The notes under the pieces: model-generated | Database searches by the model: none | The model's input: only the letters and a program-made list of their open reading frames with translations | Told to the model about the DNA's origin: nothing | NCBI GenBank assembly: GCA_001642005.1 | Contig: LWCA01000300.1 | Span: 1 to 33,050, forward strand | Direction of reading: 5' to 3' | Origin: Intoshia linei | Lineage: Eukaryota; Animalia; Orthonectida | Length of the DNA: 33,050 bases | Translations under genes and position numbers: made by a program | Shown here: one piece after another, positions 26,201-33,050 of the stretch | How positions within the stretch are numbered: the first letter of the stretch is position 1 | Layout: each line of letters starts with the position of its first letter

Positions 26201-26252
26201 CGAAATCAATACAATAAACAATAGAAATAAGCGCAAACGAACGTTTAAATGA
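11223..26252 (+). CDS. Giant uncharacterised protein: ~7 cupredoxin-like repeats + Fn3-associated (chitobiase C-terminal-like) domain + multiple fibronectin type III repeats + C-terminal TlpA/redoxin-like domain
   Basis: One reading frame can be followed through roughly 45 exons from MKNSPNLP (ATG 11223) to ...NKRKRTFK* (TGA 26250-26252), including across the 17284-19138 intron (phase 0). Motifs: GDRVWWKW/HNI/FNHSGVYYF; IYYTIDGSIP; PPKDIKIHGSSVDSVKVCWNSP...NLIPETQYEIRVTG; KVTIILFWS...FDIAGVPTILV. Confidence 0.82.
14100..14494. mobile_element. hAT (Buster/Charlie-type) MITE, 395 bp, intronic
   Basis: TIRs caggggttatcaac and gttcagaatccctg; perfect 8-bp TSD gtctatat (14092-14099 and 14495-14502). 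Confidence 0.85.
18221..18758. mobile_element. Foldback-like non-autonomous DNA element with ~64-bp TIRs and 29-bp subterminal tandem repeats
   Basis: 18221-18284 is the near-perfect reverse complement of 18695-18758; 29-bp units at 18242, 18271, 18300 and partial at 18329 (agtcgtagaatgtacacatttcatggata). No convincing TSD. Confidence 0.8.
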
Positions 26253-26647
26253 TACATCAATTTTAATAAACTGAAATACCTTTCATATATCAATTCTATA
26301 TCTTAATACACGGTTCCTCAAAGTTGGCTTCGTGAAAAAATGTATTACACTGATGAATTATAACAAATATAATGAATAAAAACTATTCAAAAGAAAATGT
26401 TTTTTGGTCGATTAAATTAATAATGATAAACTTTTTTTAACCTATAAAAAAATAAACTAAAAATTTATTATGGTGCATTATAAAATTTTAATTAACCAAT
26501 TAATATGGATGATATTGGGACCATAATGTTAGAAATTTTAAACTATTTAACATTAAATTTTAATTGCCCTATTTATAAAATGAATGAACTAATTATAAAG
26601 AAATTTTAGAAATTATTTTATTGAGGTTTGGTAAAAAATTGAGTAAA

Positions 26648-28901
26648 TTACAAATCAATAACTAATTTGCTTTGGCCTAATCCAAGACGAGGTTTTCCTC
26701 CAAACCAGGACATACGCCATTTGATTGTAGAAATTAATAATTGTTCTTCATGTTTAGTCAATTTTAATAGAAATGTCATAACTTTCATTAACTTGAGCGC
26801 CTAAAAAACATTTAAAAAAATAGAAACAAAAAATTACCTCATCTTCTCTGCTCATAAAAAATTTTAATGATACATGTTTCAAGTATTCAAAGTTGTGATT
26901 CGTGTATTCATCTAGTGAGTTTATATTTTCAACTGTATTGTGTACTTTCAAAGAAGAATAGCTCATTTGAGATTTTAACTCTTCGTGAAACAATTTTTGT
27001 AATTCATTCATTTTTGTTGTTAATGAACGTATTATCTACATTAATTATGTTTAATAATATGGTTTGGAATTTTTAAGAAAAATTCAATAGCTTACAATTT
27101 CGTTTTTTGAAATTTCATCACATAGTTGTTTTTTTTCGGTTGCCCAGTCCTGTTGGCTTTTTTTTGATAATGATGTTTTTAAATTTTTTATTTCATTTAC
27201 AACTTTATCTTTTTCAGTTTTGATGGATTTTATTTCAATGAGTAAATCATCAATATGTGATTGTTTCCGTCTAATTGTAGATAAATTACTTTCGCTCATC
27301 TGTTTAGTTTTATCCCGCATTTGTTCAACTTCAGCAGATAATTGATTAATTTGTAATTTATAATTAGAATTAGCTAAATGGAAAACAATTAAAAATGTCA
27401 TTAAGTATTTAGATCAATTTTTGTTCTATAATTCAGAGTGGTCCAAACCTAGCCCATGAGCTGCAAAGTATTTTCAATAACGATAGTTTTTATAATGAAA
27501 GGAAATTGACGCATAACTTGTAACTAAACCATTTTTTTAATCTGGCACCATATAAAAAAGTTTCAGACAAACTTAATTAAAGAATCAAAATGATAAATAA
27601 AAAATGTATAGTTCACATGAGCTCAAATTTTTGGTAATGTGACCGCCACATCAATTTAGTCATTCGAATTGAAACGCTAGAAAAGAATGTATAATTATGT
27701 TTATAGAAACTATCAACTAATACAAGTAAATGGTTTTCCCTCATTTGTATATACAAAATATGGTCCTATCATACCCTGAGATATTGATTGATGACTGATG
27801 TGAGTATAACAACTTTTGAAAAATATTTCTTTCCACAATTTTTTTAACCTTTCGAAAATGTAAAGATTAATATCTATTAAAAAAATGATGGTCACCTGGT
27901 ACACATTAAATACGATGACAAATGCGCAACCATTTAACCAATTTTAACAATGAAAAAAGTAAATTACACTTTCTTAAATCTGCCAATGTTGTTTGTAAAA
28001 TATTGCAACTGGTATGATAGTGTTCTTTTTCGATGATGGTAGAATCTAAATTTTGTTGCAATTTTGAATTCTAAATATTAAATCAAATAATGATATTAGG
28101 ATAAAAAACCTTCAAATTAATGTTTTCTTTATTAGTTTCCATAATTTTAATATTTTGAAGAGTTTGAGAAATATTTTTTTTCAATTCTGATACTTGACTC
28201 TAAAAAATAATTAAGACTCATACAAAACGCAATATATACGTTTAATTTTTCATTATCATTTTTTGAAATGGTGAGTGATTTATTATTTGAGACGGATTCA
28301 CTCTTGAGAAATTCAATTTCATAATTTAACGAATTCTAGATACGATAAATACAAAATTAAAAATTATAACCAATTTTTGATCAACAATTTCACTTTTCTT
28401 TTCAGCAACATTATCCATGTGCTCTATAGTTGCTTTCATTATTTTTAAAGTTTTAGTAATTTCCTAATAATAAATAAAAAAAAATATAAAAAATAATACA
28501 TCCAATTCATTTTCAAATTTATTTTCATCACGTCTAAAAAGGCATTAAATTTTAAAATTGCAATCAGACTTAATTATATTAACATTTTTGTAAATTTCCT
28601 TCAAAAGTCTTAGCAATTTAAAAGATTCTATACGCTTTATATTTACTTCATTGTTACTAATCAAATCGTCGGATGAAGGAGATGTATTTACACAATTATC
28701 GGTATTTTGAGTAGAATTTTCATCGTTTTCTAAACCTGATGAAATGAAAATAATTATAAATTAAATACTCTTATCGGAATAATCGGTTTTAGCTGACAAA
28801 TTATGATTAAACTCATTTGGTTTTACTATTCTCTCTTTTACAGGTTTGGTTTCGATTGAATTAATTTTACTTTCAATCTGATCTTTGAGGTTTTTGAACA
28901 T
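26648..28901 (-). CDS. GOLGA1: Golgin-97 (GRIP-domain coiled-coil golgin), 10 exons, ~447 aa
   Basis: N-terminus MFKNLKDQIE (golgin-97/245-type); coiled-coil body; C-terminal GRIP NFEYLKHVSLKFFMSREDEALKLMKVMTFLLKLTKHEEQLLISTIKWRMSWFGGKP, with the golgin-97-like MSWFG-x-KP tail. Exon lengths sum to 1344 nt, in frame. Confidence 0.9.
27434..27680. mobile_element. Degenerate hAT/Charlie-like MITE in a golgin intron
   Basis: Left end cagagtggtccaaacctagcccatgagctgca resembles Charlie-type ends and the 3312 element; right end poorly preserved, no TSD confirmed. Confidence 0.4.
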
Positions 28902-29528
28902 GATGTTTTAATTAAAAACAATATTAAATACATTCATTTTCAATTAATTCAATTTTTAACAATTAAACAAATAAAATCTGTTAGGATATAATTTTATTAC
29001 GAGTAACCATGTCTAGTTCTCAATTCGTTTATTTCTGTTACCCATGGTAAATAAATTAAGGTTATTTTTCTAATATCAGAAATATGTGACAAAAGCCTTA
29101 AAAAACTCAATTTTGCCATTGCCTGTCTAAAGTTTATTTTAAAAATTACAACATTTTTATTTGACACTCAAATTGAGTGACTAAATATCAGTATGATACA
29201 ATTTACCATAGAATCGTTATTGAAACTAAGTAATTCATAGTAACAGTATAAACACATTATATCAATTTATTTTGCTGAACATTGACAATTCAATACAGAA
29301 TTAGATATACACGATTATATACTAAATACTTCAAACAGTTACAATACAAGTTTAAATATAGGTATACTTATTATTTATTTAGTGTGATAAAGTCTGTTGT
29401 TGATTGGTTCTATGATATACATGTTAGCATACTGTGTGCTCATATTCTAAATATGTATAAGCAGTAAAATTGCAAATATAGTGCTTATATTAATATTATA
29501 TATTAATTTTTAATTAGAATATAATAAA
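28902..29528. promoter_or_regulatory. Putative bidirectional promoter region between golgin-97 and polybromo-1
   Basis: Divergent start codons (28901 minus, 29529 plus) separated by 627 bp; contains an X-box-like near-palindrome gttacccatggtaa at 29037-29050. Confidence 0.5.
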
Positions 29529-32500
29529 ATGAAGAAAAAGAGAAATTCAACAGTAAATGGGCAGGTTATATTCCTATTTTATATTTATTTATTCGATAAT
29601 ATTAGGAAAAAAATTCTGATTCAGAATATAATTCTGTTAGTGAATTAAATTCGGAAATGGACGAGGTAATTAATGAAATCTTGTTTTATAATATTTTAAG
29701 GAAATGTCAAATGTAAGTGTTTCGACAAATTTAGTTACTAAAGAAAAAATTCAAAAATATGTCAAGATTCTATATGTTCTGGTTTCAACTGCTGTTGACC
29801 ACAAAGATCGTGAAATTGCAAATGCTTTTAAAATTTTACCAAACAAAGATGTAATCATTCTAGTTTTTATTATGTATACTTTGGTTAGTTTAAATTAGTA
29901 TTTCCAATCTTTGGCTACATAAATACAATACAAAAAAATATGAAATCGCTTAGGCTAAAAACCATTATTTTGTGTCATAACTGAACTAATTATGACAAAA
30001 AAACAATTTGAAGGCCCCATGTCAACAATGTGGCATATTTTTTTGAAAAAGTTGCGTATAAACGCGTTCACTAAAACTGAATACATTTTATTTTTGATCA
30101 ATCTGATGTCGAGATTGATGACTTAGTTCAGGGTGTTAAAAATATTACTACCTTATTAATTTTTAATTTTTTATGAACTGCCAGCAACACACTCAATTGC
30201 ATTTTAGCTTACTTGTTATTTTTCAAAGGCGCTTGTATATGATATAATGTATTTAAACATTTAATTAGTTAATTACGACGGGCTCCAAACCAAGCTGGTT
30301 TAGTTTAATAGCAAAGGTGATAATAAAAAACGTTGATGGATACTAATTTTCATTTTATTGCGACAATTAGTTAATATCATCTGTTTACGATTATAATGTA
30401 TATCCCTATTGGTAATGTAAATCTTATATATTTTTTATTTAGGAATGGCCGTTATACTATAAAATTATCGATAACCCTATTGATTTGAAAATTATTGGAA
30501 CGAGAATACAAAATAATGAATATACTTCTATTACGTCATTTTCAAAGGATGTTACACTGTTAATAAGGAATGCTAAAGATTTTAATGAGCCACAATCGCA
30601 AATTTACAAGGATGCAAATCGAATTAAACAATTGTTGTCTAAAAAAACAAAAGAGGTTCATTCTATAATAAGAGGAAATAATAAAATAAATGCTGTCGAT
30701 ATTGTTGCAATTATGCAAAATCATTCAAATCTAGTCAGCTTTGATCAAGTTATGGAAGGAATATTAGAATTTGAAAAAAAAATCTTTGCAATCGTAAAAA
30801 TCGACCCAGACCAAAAAGAAATTGTCCCGGAAAATGTTTCAAAGATAAATAGAAAGCGTAAAAGACCAGATAGTGGCGAATCAGATATTGATTATAAAAT
30901 GAGTAAATTGGGAGATAAACAAAGAGGTGAAAATGTTACAAATTTTTTGAATAACGGAAAAAATGATCAAATTGAAGAAATAATTAAATTTGTTAAACAA
31001 TATGTAACTCAATGTCATCACACTGTTGCTAATTTTTATCTTGTGAAAGGATCACAGCCCCCCTTAAAACCAATCTTCAAATCCATAACTCATTTGATTG
31101 ATTTAAGGATGATTGAAAATAGAATACGGGATGATAAATACTCTTCGGTTATGCATTTTTTTTCAGATATTGAACTACTTACTTCCAATGCTTTGTCCAT
31201 AAATTGGCCAAATTCAATTATTTATCAATGCACAAAATCAATGGTTCAAGATCTAGAAACTATGTTTGGATTCGAACCGAAATCTTACGAAATTTTACCA
31301 ATCAATGATGGAAATAAGTTTTCCATGGAAGAAAAAAATAGAATCACAGCTGGTAAAGTGCAAGCCAAAGAAACCGATAGTTCCGATTCTACTCTTAAAA
31401 TTCAAAGTAACGCTGATTTTCCTAACAAGGAAGCTATGCGAGAATTGTCTCTCCGTTTGGCCCGAATAGCGCACACTGTAACTTTAAATTCTTCTAAAAA
31501 CTCAATTATGTTGGCTATTTTGCACTATTTGATAAATTTTTCGGAAGATTACCCTTTGTCCAGCGATGAGGAAGATGACGATGAAGGTAAGGAAGCTATA
31601 CAAAACAATACTTTCAACAATTCTACTGTATTTTTATCAAATAAAAGATACATCTGCAGTGAGTTTTATCATCTTCCATCTAAGGAATATTATCCAAGCT
31701 ATTACGAGGTCATCAAAAGGCCTATGAGCATTAACAAAATTGAATTAAAAATATTTGATAACCAGTATGCCCATGTAAATGATTTCATTGAAGACTGTAT
31801 GCGTATGTTCAATAACGCCATGATATACAATGAGATAAATTCAACTATATATAGAGATGCAATTACTCTTGCTATTGCAACAATAATGCGAAGAGATGAA
31901 ATTTTGGGAAAAGAGAATAGTCAGTATCCAAATGTGAACCAAAAAATGCAAGAAATTATTAAGCTAATAATGAATGATCTTCTTGCTTGTGTGTATGTGA
32001 GCAATCAATCTCGAACGTCAGAAGGAACTGAATTACTTTCGGATATTTTATCTACAGTTTCTGTAAATATTTCACTTAGTAATTCTCTCAATGTTACTCC
32101 AAAGGCAGACATATCCAATTCTTCCAACATCAACATACTACCTAAAACTAATCGTGAGGTTTCATTAAAATTGATCCAAAACAATGTTGATAAAGGCCTT
32201 TACAAATATTTTTTCGTGTTTCAACAAGATTTATTGTCACTTTTGCCGGAATGCAGAAGAATTGATAATGATGGAAATTCAAAGATTTTAGAAGCTTATT
32301 TCCAATTAATCGAATTGTATATTGTTAAACGAGATGAATATTCGCGAAATGGTGATCTTTTCACATCATCTGCATTTAATTATACTATGCAAAACCTAAC
32401 TATTGATAGAGAACGGATTAAACACGAGAAACTAATATCTTTGGGTTTTGACATTAAAAAATGTCAGAAATCTGAAACAAAAGATTTAAATAAAACTTTG

Positions 32501-33050
32501 ACTCCGGAGAAATTTGAATCTGCTTATGATTCAGATGGTTATGTTATTCCAAAACTTGAAATTGTCACTTGCGAAACTGAGGATACATCAGTGCCATGTA
32601 AATTTAAATTTTTTGAACAAGTGTATAATCCAAAAGTTGGATGGATTCAAGTTGGTGATTTTGCATATTTAACGGTAAATTTGCCTACATATGGAATTAA
32701 CTATGATAACAAAAATATAAAAGATATTGTAAGAGTTGATCGCATTTGGGTTAACGTCAACGAAGAGTATTCTTTTGCTGGTATACGAATATTGAGACTA
32801 GAAAGTATCTGTGCTAATCGACCCACGAGAATGTTTTATTTTAATGAAGTCATACCATCGAATATTGAAGTTGTCTGTAGAGTTGATAATATTCAGAAAC
32901 TTTGTTCTGTTTTACATATTGAAGACTTTTGTCACATGTCAGCAATTGGGTTTGAATTTAATGATAGGTACATTTATTGCATGAAATATCAAGAAGCTGA
33001 GAAAGTTACTAGGAAAATGCTTAAATCCATTAAAGCCCCCAAAAAAAGTA
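29529..33050 (+). CDS. PBRM1: Polybromo-1 / BAF180 (PBAF subunit), 3'-truncated by the window
   Basis: Three short exons, then an open exon 30443 to end. Bromodomains YYKIIDNPIDLKIIGTRIQNNEY..NAKDFNEPQSQIYKDAN; IDLRMIENRIRDDKY; LPSKEYYPSYYEVIKRPM..MFNNAMIYNE; BD6-like KRDEYSRNGDLFTSSAFNYT; then BAH VGDFAYL...IVRVDRIW...PTRMFYFNEV. Confidence 0.93.

Noticed and set aside
31266-31469. 67-aa plus-strand ORF
   Set aside because: Alternative frame inside the long PBRM1 exon, which is absent from the ORF track only because it has no stop within the window.
1-33050. Non-standard genetic code or many frameshifted pseudogenes as the cause of fragmented ORFs
   Set aside because: The breaks resolve with short GT-AG (one GC-AG) introns under the standard code.

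Overview
AT-rich eukaryotic (metazoan-type) genomic DNA with dense genes and many very short (about 31-45 nt) GT-AG introns, so the ORF track mostly shows exon fragments. The architecture resembles a reduced parasitic animal genome such as the orthonectid Intoshia (inference, not verified). Genes reconstructed by manual splicing: a 3'-truncated unknown minus-strand gene (1-~1028); an SLC7/LAT-type amino-acid transporter (3986-9190) preceded by a decayed, intron-containing copy of its 3' half (~2273-3140); NF-YB (10282-10914); a very large (~3000 aa, rough estimate) multidomain gene (11223-26252) with about 7 cupredoxin-like repeats, an Fn3-associated domain, many fibronectin-III repeats and a C-terminal TlpA/redoxin-like fold lacking CxxC; a short golgin-97 (minus, 26648-28901); and, head-to-head with it, a polybromo-1 with only four recognisable bromodomains before BAH1 (29529 to window end). 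Many long introns and intergenic gaps hold non-autonomous hAT-type elements with visible TIRs/TSDs, plus one foldback element. No CRISPR, rRNA or tRNA was seen. The best candidates for novelty are the giant multidomain protein, the reduced polybromo, a hAT-like element with a 6-bp TSD, and a pre-miRNA-like hairpin.
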